Assembly (NCBI GenBank): GCA_003151615.1 | Contig: PLXZ01000001.1 | Coordinates: 134,544-198,543 of the forward strand | Direction: 5' to 3' | Source: Candidatus Tayloriibacteriota bacterium | GTDB lineage: Bacteria; Patescibacteriota; Minisyncoccia; Phycocordibacterales; PALSA-1337 | DNA: 64,000 nucleotides | Shown here: positions 37,969-47,448 of the stretch, in pieces | Layout of the letters: each line of letters starts with the position of its first letter | Position numbering within the stretch: position 1 is the first letter of the stretch | Position numbers and translations under genes: made by a program | The notes under the pieces: generated by a model | Seen by the model: the letters and a program-made list of their open reading frames with translations, nothing else | The model's database searches: none | Told to the model about the DNA's origin: nothing

Positions 37969-39117
37969 TTATTTTCCAGGTTTCTCGTCGGATTCAGGAA
38001 CGCTCATGGTTCCGGAAGACTGGATATCGATTTTCCAGCCGGTCAATTTTGCGGCGAGACGGACGTTCTGTCCGCCCTTGCCGATGGCGAGCGACTGCTG
38101 GTCATCCGCGACGGTGACGATTGCGCGCGCGTCTTCTTTTTTCAATTCGATTGAAATGACCTTTGCCGGAGAGAGGGCTTCTTCGATGAATTTCGCCGGA
38201 TCCTCAACCCACTCTATGATATCAATTTTTTCGCCGCCAAGCTCGCTGGTAACCGTGTTGACGCGGACGCCGCGCTGGCCGACGAGAGATCCAATCGGAT
38301 CAATGTGAGAATCGACAGAGGCAACAGCGATTTTCGAGCGTGAACCGGCTTCCCGGGCGATTGCTTTTATTTCGACGCTGCCCTGGGCGATTTCCGGAGC
38401 CTCGATTTCAAAGAGTTTTTTCAAAAACTGAGGGTGTGATCGCGAAAGTTTGAGCATGATGCCTTTGGGCGTTTCCTCAACGGCATACAGATATGAACGG
38501 ATACGTTCGCCCTGTTTGTAGCGTTCGCCGGGAATTTGTTCCTCATATGGAATGACGCCGATTGCGCGGCCCATGTCGATGAAAAGGGCTCCGCGTTCAA
38601 CGCGCTGGACCGTTCCGGAGACGATTTCGCCTTCCTTCTGTCCGTATTCGTTCATGACGGATGTTTTTTCGGCCTCGCGAATTTTCTGGATGATGACCTG
38701 TTTTGCGGTCTGTGCGGCAATGCGGCCATAATTATCCTTCAATTCAAGAGGGAAGACGATTTCGTCGTCAATTTTGGCGTCGCGCTTTATTTTTTTCGCG
38801 TCGGCAAGCAACATGTGATGTTCAGGGTTGAAGCGGACTCGGATTTCATCCTGTTCGGTATTTTCGATGTCCTGGTCGGGTTCCGCTTCATCCATGATGA
38901 CTTTCGATTCGTCAACGACGATTTTCACCTGGAAAAATTCAACTTTTCCGGTGTTCATGTCGAAACGCGCGCGGACGATTTGGCCTTTTTTTCCGTATTC
39001 TTTTTTGTACGCGGTCGCGAGGGCGAGTTCGATCGCTTCGAACATCTTATCTTTTGGAATTCCGCGTTCCTGTTCAAGCTGTTCCAAAACCGAGTGTATT
39101 ACTTTTAAGTCAAACAT
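37969..39117 (-). CDS. nusA: Transcription termination/antitermination factor NusA
   Basis: N-terminal NusA domain, S1 domain (EGEIVSGTVQRVERGALFIDMG) and two KH domains (AKLTGWKIDI). Confidence 0.9.
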   Translation of the reverse strand: MFDLKVIHSVLEQLEQERGIPKDKMFEAIELALATAYKKEYGKKGQIVRARFDMNTGKVEFFQVKIVVDESKVIMDEAEPDQDIENTEQDEIRVRFNPEHHMLLADAKKIKRDAKIDDEIVFPLELKDNYGRIAAQTAKQVIIQKIREAEKTSVMNEYGQKEGEIVSGTVQRVERGALFIDMGRAIGVIPYEEQIPGERYKQGERIRSYLYAVEETPKGIMLKLSRSHPQFLKKLFEIEAPEIAQGSVEIKAIAREAGSRSKIAVASVDSHIDPIGSLVGQRGVRVNTVTSELGGEKIDIIEWVEDPAKFIEEALSPAKVISIELKKEDARAIVTVADDQQSLAIGKGGQNVRLAAKLTGWKIDIQSSGTMSVPESDEKPGK

Positions 39118-39296
39118 ATATTTTTGGCCTTATTTAGAGCCATATTTTAAGGGCACTTTGATAATTTTTTGTAAAAAAAGCCCGCCGTGAAGCGAACTGT
39201 CATGTTGACATCTTAGCGCCTTTTGGCGTTTTGTCAAATAGAGCTTGCGTGATAGAATATCTGCATAGAGTTGCTCAACTTCAAATTTTTATAATT

Positions 39297-42005
39297 ATGA
39301 AAAAAATGTTTGGCCGATGTTTTTATATTCTGCCGGCGTTCGCCACAACGGTTTTGGTTTTGATGAGCGTCGCGTTCCAAACTCCTTCTATGGCATTGGC
39401 GAGCACGGCCACTTCTTCGCTTTCCGGCTGGGCATGGTCCGACAATACCGGCTGGCTTTCCTTCAATTCGACTGACAGTGGAGCGGGCGGCAGTCTGTAC
39501 GGTGTGATATTAGCCACAAGCACCGGATCATCTATCGGAACTCTTTCAGGTGACGGCTGGTCTCCCAACATTGGATGGGTCAGCTTCAATTCAAGCGACG
39601 TCACCAACTGTCCTTCAGATCTCGGTGCAACCCTCATCAATGGATGCGTTCCTTCGGTAAATGTGACGACGGGAGCGGTGTCGGGATGGGCGAGGGCGCT
39701 GGCGGGTACGAATAGCACCGGCCTTGTTGTTGCTTCATCAACAGTGCCGGCATGGGATCCCGAGACCCAATTATATGAACAGTTCATAGCGGTTACTAAT
39801 AACACCGGACAAAATCTATCTGGAGCGCGATTGACCATGACGTCTGCGTTGCCGAGCGGCGTTTCAGTCTTTGGCTCATCAGGCGGTACTGATGCCAACG
39901 GCAATATTTATTTCCAGGACAACTATCCTTTATCCGCGGGTCAGACAGTTTATTTTGGCATTGATTTTTACGATCCGACAAATACAAGTTTCAATCCTAA
40001 CTATACGCTTCAGGCAATGGCGACAACTTTGTCCGAGCCAACCATTCCAAGCGGAAGCACCCAGGTTTCGGTAAGCGCCACCTATTATGCAAGTGATCCT
40101 GTTTCTACCTATGTAAATTATAGTGGCCCTATAACTGTTTTGCAGTGGACAAGTATAAGTGGCGATCAATATGGTCTTCAATATAGCGATGACGGAGGCG
40201 TAACTTGGCATACAGCGTACGGTCTAAATAGCACGGCGGTATTAGATACAGCTGGCAGTAGCGCCACAATCCTTCTTGATTTTGGTTTACCAGCAACCGA
40301 TGCAGCCCCTATTTCTACCCGCCAATACAAGATGTGGCAGCTTCCTTCCGGTTCGTATCCCGCAAGAAACTTGAACTGGACGACGCAGGCCGCCGGAAAT
40401 CATTCTTGGTTTGGAATAACATCATCTGCCGATGGCAGCAAACTTGCTGCGGTCGACAACAATACTGGCTACGTATACACCTCCCCTGACAGCGGCGTCA
40501 CATGGACGGCTCAGACGGCTGCAGGTGCTCGTCTTTGGTCAGGAATCACTTCATCCTCAGACGGCACAAAAATCGCTGCAGTTGCTCAAACTGGCATCGT
40601 GTACACATCTGCCGACAGCGGCGTCACATGGACGGCTCACACCGTGAGTGGTGCGACATCATTATATAAAATAACATCATCATCCGATGGTACTAAAATT
40701 GTTGCGGTTGATACCCTAAGTACTGGCGGCTACATTTATACATCTGCCGACAGCGGCGTCACATGGACAGCCCGCACAGCGGCAGGTTCTCGTTCGTGGA
40801 TAGCGGTGACATCTTCTTCCGACGGGACAAAGCTTCTCGCAAGCGATCGTGCTGGAGGTTCACTGTACACATCTTCGGATAGCGGTGCCACATGGACGAC
40901 TCACACATTGGCGGGTGCGTGGTGGTCATTATCCTCATCTGCCGATGGTACAAAGCTGGTCGCCGCAGCGACTCCGAGCGGAAGCTATCTCTACACATCT
41001 GCCGACAGTGGCGTCACATGGACGGCTCGTATTGCAGCCACTGGGGCGTATGGGTGGGGGAGCGTAACTTCTTCTTCGGATGGAACAAAAATAGTCGCAG
41101 GTAATGCTGGCCCGAATGCTTATATTTACACATCTGCCGACAGCGGCGTCACATGGGCGGCGCAAATTCAATCCACAAGTACTTCCCGTATGTGGATGGT
41201 CACGTCATCCGCCGATGGCAGCAAAATAGCGGCGGGAGATTTTTATGGAACTATTCACACGGCGACATCTGTATCAACCACAACAACTGCCAACAGCAAT
41301 TCCGGCTGGGACGGCTGGATAGAACTCTCCGGCACCAACCATGCATCCCCTGATTTAACCGGTAACAGCGGCGTGACCTACAATTCAACCACAGGCTCTT
41401 TCACTGGATACGCATGGGGAAGCGATATCATAGGTTGGCTCAACTTCAACTCATCAGGGGCTTCAGCCTCAAGCTCGTGCAACCCGACATTGGAAGTCTG
41501 CAACGGTCCGGGATCATCCCCGACCCTCTCATGCTCGGGCTCACTCAACGGCAGTACCAACAAAATTACCTGGACCGCGACGATAACCGGCGGAGCCTCC
41601 CCGTATACTTTTGCGTGGACGCCCGGCTCAGGCACTTCAGGAACGCCGTCAACTGTCGGAGCAGTTTCCACCTACACCACCGGTACCCTGGCATCAACCA
41701 GTCCTGCCACCTCGTACTCCGTCACCGTTGCCGCAACCTCAAGCAACCAGACCGTGGCCATATCAAACGCCTGTCCGTCAGTACAGGGACCCCTGCAGTC
41801 GAGCCCTCCAAGCGGCGGACTCTGTACGTCAGTCCCTCCAAACGCCACGCTCTGTCCCGGTTCTTCTGCGGCCACCGGCTCAAGCTCCCTTGTTTCAACC
41901 TGTACCGCAGCAGCAGGAACTCCGATCTGCCAGTACTCGTGCTCTTCAAACTACCACCAGGTTGGCAGCCAATGCGTGGGGAACGGGAGCCTTCAGGAGC
42001 AGTAA
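39297..42005 (+). CDS. Large secreted Asp-box (BNR) beta-propeller protein with a Cys-rich C-terminal region; candidate pilus-associated adhesin
   Basis: Start at MKKMFGRCFYILP (signal peptide). At least 7 tandem blades carry S-x-D-x-G-x-T-W (YTSADSGVTWTA) alternating with TSSSDGTKI(V/A)A. The C-terminus has spaced Cys and PKD-like segments. It ends 19 nt before pilB. Confidence 0.55.
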   Translation: MKKMFGRCFYILPAFATTVLVLMSVAFQTPSMALASTATSSLSGWAWSDNTGWLSFNSTDSGAGGSLYGVILATSTGSSIGTLSGDGWSPNIGWVSFNSSDVTNCPSDLGATLINGCVPSVNVTTGAVSGWARALAGTNSTGLVVASSTVPAWDPETQLYEQFIAVTNNTGQNLSGARLTMTSALPSGVSVFGSSGGTDANGNIYFQDNYPLSAGQTVYFGIDFYDPTNTSFNPNYTLQAMATTLSEPTIPSGSTQVSVSATYYASDPVSTYVNYSGPITVLQWTSISGDQYGLQYSDDGGVTWHTAYGLNSTAVLDTAGSSATILLDFGLPATDAAPISTRQYKMWQLPSGSYPARNLNWTTQAAGNHSWFGITSSADGSKLAAVDNNTGYVYTSPDSGVTWTAQTAAGARLWSGITSSSDGTKIAAVAQTGIVYTSADSGVTWTAHTVSGATSLYKITSSSDGTKIVAVDTLSTGGYIYTSADSGVTWTARTAAGSRSWIAVTSSSDGTKLLASDRAGGSLYTSSDSGATWTTHTLAGAWWSLSSSADGTKLVAAATPSGSYLYTSADSGVTWTARIAATGAYGWGSVTSSSDGTKIVAGNAGPNAYIYTSADSGVTWAAQIQSTSTSRMWMVTSSADGSKIAAGDFYGTIHTATSVSTTTTANSNSGWDGWIELSGTNHASPDLTGNSGVTYNSTTGSFTGYAWGSDIIGWLNFNSSGASASSSCNPTLEVCNGPGSSPTLSCSGSLNGSTNKITWTATITGGASPYTFAWTPGSGTSGTPSTVGAVSTYTTGTLASTSPATSYSVTVAATSSNQTVAISNACPSVQGPLQSSPPSGGLCTSVPPNATLCPGSSAATGSSSLVSTCTAAAGTPICQYSCSSNYHQVGSQCVGNGSLQEQ
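40380..41260 (+). repeat. Tandem ~126-135-nt coding repeats with a near-identical ~30-nt core (ACATCTGCCGACAGCGGCGTCACATGGAC)
   Basis: Core copies start near 40488, 40614, 40749, 40878, 41004 and 41139. Four of them are identical or differ by one base over about 30 nt. Confidence 0.8.
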
Positions 42006-42024
42006 TTTTCGCACCATATAAATA

Positions 42025-43779
42025 ATGTACATTGAACAGGGACAATTAAAAAAGTTCATACTTGATTCGGGTCTTGTCTCGAAGGGTGATGTTGACGCGG
42101 CCGAAGATGAGGCCAAGAAAAAGAAAAGCAGTCTCGGCGAAGTGCTTGTTTCGCAGGGAAAAATCCGCGACGACAATCTGCGCCGCATGCAGGCATACGT
42201 TTTAGGTATCCCTTTTGTCGAATTGAAGTCGAAGAAAATTCCGTTTGAAACGCTCTCACTCATTCCTGAACCGGTTGCGCGTACCAATAATATTGTTGCG
42301 TATAAAAAAACCGACGACACTCTCGAGGTTGCCATGCTCGACGTGGACAATCTTTCTGCGATCGATTTCGTAAAAAAGAAAGTGCATTTGAAGATTTTGC
42401 CGCGTTTGACCGACGAAGAATCGATAAAAAGCGTCATTGTCCAGTATCAGAAAAGTCTCAAAGCCGAATTCGGCGACATTATCCAGAAAGAATCTGAAAC
42501 GTTGAAGGCTATTGCCGAGCAGGACGGCGGCGAACCGGCTAGCGCTGAAGACATGAAGAAAATGGCCGATGATTTGCCGGTGGTCCGCATCGTGGATACT
42601 CTTTTGAAGCATGCCATTTTGCAAAATGCCTCGGACATTCACATTGAGCCTCTTGAAGACCAGGTTTTGGTACGTTACCGTATCGACGGTATTTTGCATG
42701 ACGCCATGGTTCTGCCGAAAAACGCATCGTCATCGGTGACGGCGCGTTTGAAAGTCTTGGCGAATCTCAAACTGGATGAAAAGCGTCTGCCGCAGGACGG
42801 CCGCTTCAAAATCGACATGAATGGAGAAAAAGTTTCGTTCCGCGTTTCGGTTTTGCCGGTCTATTACGGCGAAAAAACAGTCATGCGTCTGTTGCGCGAG
42901 AATGTTTCGGGCTTTACCCTCGAACATTCCGGTTTTCACGGGGAAGGCCTCGAGCGAATTCATCACGCGGTGACGCAAACGACCGGTATGATTTTGACGA
43001 CGGGTCCGACAGGTTCGGGAAAAACGACGACTCTTTACACGGTTTTGGACATTTTGAATACGCCTGACGTCAATATTTCAACAATCGAAGATCCCGTCGA
43101 ATACCAAATGAAACGCGTCAACCAGACGCAGGTGAAGCCGGAAATCGGGTTCACGTTTTCATCCGGTCTGCGCACGCTCGTCCGTCAGGACCCTGACATC
43201 ATCATGGTCGGTGAAATTCGCGACAATGAAACGGCCTCCCTTGCCGTGAATGCCGCATTGACCGGGCACCTCGTGCTCTCGACTCTCCACACCAACAGCG
43301 CCGCCGGAGCGATTCCGCGACTTATCGACATGAAAATCGAGCCGTTTCTCCTCGTTTCGACAATCGACATCATCATTGCGCAGCGTCTCGTCCGCCGTCT
43401 CTCGGAAACAAAGGAAAAACACATTTTGACGAAGGACGAGCGGGCGGTTTTGGCGAAAACCGTCGACCTCGACCGGGTTTTGAAGGCACTGAAGGAGGAG
43501 AAAATCATCGAGGGCAAAAAAGATTGGGATGAGATTCCTTTTTGGAGGCCTGTTTCTGCGGGCGAAGGGGACAATGGATATAAAGGCCGCATTGTCATCG
43601 CCGAAGTTCTCAAAATGAGCCAGCCGATCAAAGAATTGGTCATTAAGGGATCTTCAACCAACGACATCGAGATTCAGGCGAAAAAAGAGGGGATGCTTTC
43701 TATGATTGAAGACGGTATATTTAAGGCAGTGCAGGGCTTGACTACGATCGAGGAAGTCCTGCGCGTCATTTCGGAATAG
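42025..43779 (+). CDS. pilB: Type IV pilus assembly ATPase PilB (GspE family)
   Basis: N-terminal GSPII domain, Walker A TGPTGSGKTTT, and Asp/His boxes (IMVGEIRD, TGHLVLSTLHTN). Confidence 0.9.
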   Translation: MYIEQGQLKKFILDSGLVSKGDVDAAEDEAKKKKSSLGEVLVSQGKIRDDNLRRMQAYVLGIPFVELKSKKIPFETLSLIPEPVARTNNIVAYKKTDDTLEVAMLDVDNLSAIDFVKKKVHLKILPRLTDEESIKSVIVQYQKSLKAEFGDIIQKESETLKAIAEQDGGEPASAEDMKKMADDLPVVRIVDTLLKHAILQNASDIHIEPLEDQVLVRYRIDGILHDAMVLPKNASSSVTARLKVLANLKLDEKRLPQDGRFKIDMNGEKVSFRVSVLPVYYGEKTVMRLLRENVSGFTLEHSGFHGEGLERIHHAVTQTTGMILTTGPTGSGKTTTLYTVLDILNTPDVNISTIEDPVEYQMKRVNQTQVKPEIGFTFSSGLRTLVRQDPDIIMVGEIRDNETASLAVNAALTGHLVLSTLHTNSAAGAIPRLIDMKIEPFLLVSTIDIIIAQRLVRRLSETKEKHILTKDERAVLAKTVDLDRVLKALKEEKIIEGKKDWDEIPFWRPVSAGEGDNGYKGRIVIAEVLKMSQPIKELVIKGSSTNDIEIQAKKEGMLSMIEDGIFKAVQGLTTIEEVLRVISE

Positions 43780-43803
43780 CATTTTAATCTCATTATTTAA
43801 TTC

Positions 43804-45021
43804 ATGGCCCATTTTACTTACACAGCAAAACATCCGGAAGGCGAAACATACATCGGCGAGGCGGAAGCGGCCGATCATTATGAATTATATAAAATGATCC
43901 GCGAGAGCGGCGGGGAGATTGTGTCTTACAAGGAATCAAAAAGGAGCGGGATGCGCAAGATGAACATTTCCCTTTCTTTGGGAAGAATCAAGATGCAGGA
44001 GAAAATAATATTCGCCCGGAATCTCGGCGCCATGATACAGGCCGGACTGGCGGCGTCGCGCGCATTGTCGGTCATGGAGCGCCAGACGAAAAATGCGGCG
44101 ATGAGGAAAATTATAATCGCCCTGAATGAAAATATCAGCAAGGGGAAAACGCTTTCCGACGCAATGGCAGACTATCCGAAGATTTTTTCCGCCCTTTTTG
44201 TCTCCATGACGCGCGCCGGCGAGGAATCCGGAAATTTGGCTGACTCGCTCAAAATTGTCGCGCTTCAAATGGACCGATCGTATGCATTGTCCCGACGAAT
44301 TCGCGGAGCGCTCATATATCCGGCTGTGGTTATCGTGCTCATGATCATCATTTCGATAGTGCTCTTGACCTATATTGTACCTACGCTTACCAGCACATTC
44401 TCCGGATTGAATGTCACTTTGCCGGCTTCGACCCAGTTCATAGTCAACGTCAGCAACATAATAAGGTTTCACGGCATTATTTTGTCCATTGTCGTTATTT
44501 TAATCATCACTCTGTTCGTATGGTGGAAACGCCGGCCGCAAGGGAAGTCAGTCATTGACTATATCGTTCTCAAAATTCCCGTCATGGGCAATATTATCAA
44601 AGAAGTGAATGCGGCGCGCACGGCCCGAACCCTTTCCTCGCTCCTGACTTCGGGCGTTGACATGGTTGAAGCCGTCCGCATTACCACGGATGTCGTACAG
44701 AACGTCCATTACAAAAAAGTTTTACAGACGGCTCAGACGACGATTACAAAAGGAGAGCCGCTCTCGAAAGTTTTCAGCGAAAACGAAAAATTGTATCCGA
44801 CCTTTTTGACCGAGATGATGAGCGTGGGCGAAGAAACCGGAAAAATGGGCGAAATGCTTCTCGGTGTCGCGGTTTTTTACGAGGATGACGTGGAACAGGC
44901 GACGAAGGACATGTCCACGGTCATCGAGCCGCTCATTATGATCGTCATCGGCGCCGGCGTGGGATTCTTCGCGGTTGCCATGATTACGCCGATGTATTCG
45001 CTCGTCAATGTCATTTCATAA
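43804..45021 (+). CDS. pilC: Type IV pilus inner-membrane platform protein PilC (GspF family)
   Basis: 405 aa with two GspF repeats and three TM segments. Its end overlaps the next gene by 14 nt. Confidence 0.85.
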   Translation: MAHFTYTAKHPEGETYIGEAEAADHYELYKMIRESGGEIVSYKESKRSGMRKMNISLSLGRIKMQEKIIFARNLGAMIQAGLAASRALSVMERQTKNAAMRKIIIALNENISKGKTLSDAMADYPKIFSALFVSMTRAGEESGNLADSLKIVALQMDRSYALSRRIRGALIYPAVVIVLMIIISIVLLTYIVPTLTSTFSGLNVTLPASTQFIVNVSNIIRFHGIILSIVVILIITLFVWWKRRPQGKSVIDYIVLKIPVMGNIIKEVNAARTARTLSSLLTSGVDMVEAVRITTDVVQNVHYKKVLQTAQTTITKGEPLSKVFSENEKLYPTFLTEMMSVGEETGKMGEMLLGVAVFYEDDVEQATKDMSTVIEPLIMIVIGAGVGFFAVAMITPMYSLVNVIS

Positions 45022-46816
45022 TTTTAAAAATTCGGGCCGGAAAAATGCAGGTTTTACCCTCGTTGAAGCTGTCGTGGGCAGTTCGGTTTTTCTCATCATT
45101 GCCATTGCCGCCTACCAGGCCTATGCCAGCATTTTTCAGCTTGCCGCTGTGGATCAGAACAAAGTTTTGGCTCTCGAATTGGCAAATGAGCAGTTTGAAA
45201 TCGTCCGCAACTTGCCCTATGCCAACATCGGCGTTCCCAACGGCATTCCCAGCGGCGTGATTCCGCAGAATCAGACTCTCACGCGCGGAAATAGTGCGTT
45301 TACCGTCTCGACGATTGTCCGAAACATAACTATTTCGCTCGGAGCACAGAGCGCGAGTTCGACGGCGAGCACGACTCCCGCGGAAAAGCTCGTCGAAGTT
45401 ACAATTTCATGCGCAACCTGCAAAAATTTTACTCCTTTGGCGCTGACCACCCAGGTTGCCCCGAAAAACATAATTACCGACACGACGCAGGGTGCACTGA
45501 CCATCAATGCCTTTGACGCGAACGGCAATCCGGTTTCCGGCGCCGCGGTGACGGTGATCAACAATAAGGTTACGCCTTCGATTGTCGTGAATGATACGAC
45601 TAATGACAGCGGCGTGCTGAATATTGTCGGCGTCGCGACGGGAACTGCCGCATATCAGATAACCGTTACGAAATCAGGGTATTCGACGGACCAGACCTAC
45701 CCCATATCCGCGACCAACACGACGCCTACGCATCCGAATGCAACCGTGCTCGCCGAACAGGTGACGTCGTCTTCATTTTCAATAGACAAATTAAGCACCA
45801 TTGGAATTTCGAGCGAGACAAATGCCTGCGCGCTCGTGCCGAACGTCGGTTTTACGCTGGTCGGATCAAAAACCATCGGCGCAGGCCTGTCAAAATATGC
45901 CGCAACCAGCACGACGGGGAGCGGCGGACAGCTTACTTTAAATAACATGGAATGGGATACATATACGTTTGGGCTTAACGGCAGTTCGTATGATCTCGCC
46001 GGAATGAATGTCATCAATCCCGTTACCGTCAGCCCAAACAGCACCCAAAACGTGACGCTTGTCCTCACCGCAAAACATCCGGACAGTCTACTCGTCGCGG
46101 TCCAGGACAATTCGACCCTCCTTCCATTGTCCGGAGCCACGGTGACTCTCTCGAATTCATCCGGATATTCCTCGACCCAGACAACGGGTGAAGGTTTTTT
46201 CGACCAAAGCGACTGGTCGGGGGGGCCGGGACAGTCTGATTATGCGACTACGAACCAGTTTTTTTCCACTGACGGAAACGTAAATGTTTCAAATCCGGCA
46301 GGCGATATCAATCTTATAAAATCGGGGAACAATTACATTGCGTCGGGATGGATACAATCCTCGACATTTGATACCGGAACGGCGAGCAATTTCGACAATA
46401 TTATCTGGCAGCCCTCGAATCAGCCGGTTGGAGCCGGGGCCAGTAGCGTGCAGTTGCAAATTGCCACGAGCCCGACTGATACTTCGACGACGACATGGAA
46501 CTTTACCGGTCCTGACGGTACGAGCGGGACATACTATAACGTCTCGAATTCAACGATCAATTCGGCGAATAACGGCAACAGATATTTGCGATACCAGGTA
46601 TTTTTAAATACCCAGTCGGCAACGAATACGCCGGATTTGTCCGATATTGCCTTTACCTACGGGACGTTGTGCACGCCGCCGGGGCAGGTCCTGTTCCAAG
46701 GACTTTCAGCCGGCAGTTATACATTAACCACGAGCGCTCCCGGCTATGCCGGAAATTCCACAGGCGTAACCGTTTCTTCGTCATGGACTCAACAGACGGT
46801 TCCGCTGGGTCCGTAA
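45008..46816 (+). CDS. Giant prepilin-type protein (N-terminal methylation motif)
   Basis: Leader, then G|FTLVEAVVGSSVFLIIAIAAYQAY (class III signal). The 600-aa body is T/S/N-rich. Confidence 0.6.
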   Translation: MSFHNFKNSGRKNAGFTLVEAVVGSSVFLIIAIAAYQAYASIFQLAAVDQNKVLALELANEQFEIVRNLPYANIGVPNGIPSGVIPQNQTLTRGNSAFTVSTIVRNITISLGAQSASSTASTTPAEKLVEVTISCATCKNFTPLALTTQVAPKNIITDTTQGALTINAFDANGNPVSGAAVTVINNKVTPSIVVNDTTNDSGVLNIVGVATGTAAYQITVTKSGYSTDQTYPISATNTTPTHPNATVLAEQVTSSSFSIDKLSTIGISSETNACALVPNVGFTLVGSKTIGAGLSKYAATSTTGSGGQLTLNNMEWDTYTFGLNGSSYDLAGMNVINPVTVSPNSTQNVTLVLTAKHPDSLLVAVQDNSTLLPLSGATVTLSNSSGYSSTQTTGEGFFDQSDWSGGPGQSDYATTNQFFSTDGNVNVSNPAGDINLIKSGNNYIASGWIQSSTFDTGTASNFDNIIWQPSNQPVGAGASSVQLQIATSPTDTSTTTWNFTGPDGTSGTYYNVSNSTINSANNGNRYLRYQVFLNTQSATNTPDLSDIAFTYGTLCTPPGQVLFQGLSAGSYTLTTSAPGYAGNSTGVTVSSSWTQQTVPLGP

Positions 46817-47448
46817 TGTATACTAATATGATGAATCGCCGCACATTTACAAAAGGATTCACGCTCGTCGAGACGCTCGTCGTGGCCCTTATTTTCCTGC
46901 TCATCATGATGGGGGTGACGTCTTTCGAGCGCGACACTTTTTACGATAATTCCATTCAGAACGGATCCTTTTCCACGGTTCAAAGCGCCGAAGAAATTTT
47001 GCGCACAATGGTCACCCAGCTCCGGTCGGCTTCGGAGGGAAGCGACGGATCATATCCGATTCTCACCGCGGCATCAACGACGCTTACGTTTTTCACCGAC
47101 ATAAACGGCGACGGAATAAAGGAACGCGTGCGGTATTTTTTGTCGAGCACTACTTTGGAAGAGGGAATAATGGAGCCGAAGGGCACGCCGCTTTCCTACA
47201 ATAATGCCACGGAAACGATTTCATATATCGCGTATAATGTCCGAAATCTCGCTTCTTCCACGAATGTCTTTGATTATTACGACGATACATATAATGGGAC
47301 AAGCTCGCCCCTGACTCAGCCGGTTTCCGTTTCTGCGGTGCGTCTCGTAAAAATAACTCTCATTCTGGATCTGAACCCGAACGTGTCGCCGGGTCCGAGA
47401 ACGTATACGACGCAGGTCAGCCTGAGGAATCTTAAAGACAATCTATGA
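46816..47448 (+). CDS. Prepilin-type (pseudopilin/minor pilin) protein
   Basis: KG|FTLVETLVVALIFLLIMMGV after a short leader. The ATG at 46816 overlaps the upstream stop (TAATG); alternative ATGs are at 46828 and 46831. Confidence 0.6.
   Translation: MYTNMMNRRTFTKGFTLVETLVVALIFLLIMMGVTSFERDTFYDNSIQNGSFSTVQSAEEILRTMVTQLRSASEGSDGSYPILTAASTTLTFFTDINGDGIKERVRYFLSSTTLEEGIMEPKGTPLSYNNATETISYIAYNVRNLASSTNVFDYYDDTYNGTSSPLTQPVSVSAVRLVKITLILDLNPNVSPGPRTYTTQVSLRNLKDNL

Noticed and set aside
39323-42025. Long alternative-frame and antisense ORFs inside the propeller gene (39323..39904 minus; 41414..42025 and 41611..42021 plus, the latter Pro/Arg-rich)
   Set aside because: They arise from the GC-rich tandem repeats, have no start context or RBS, and lie wholly within a strongly supported CDS.
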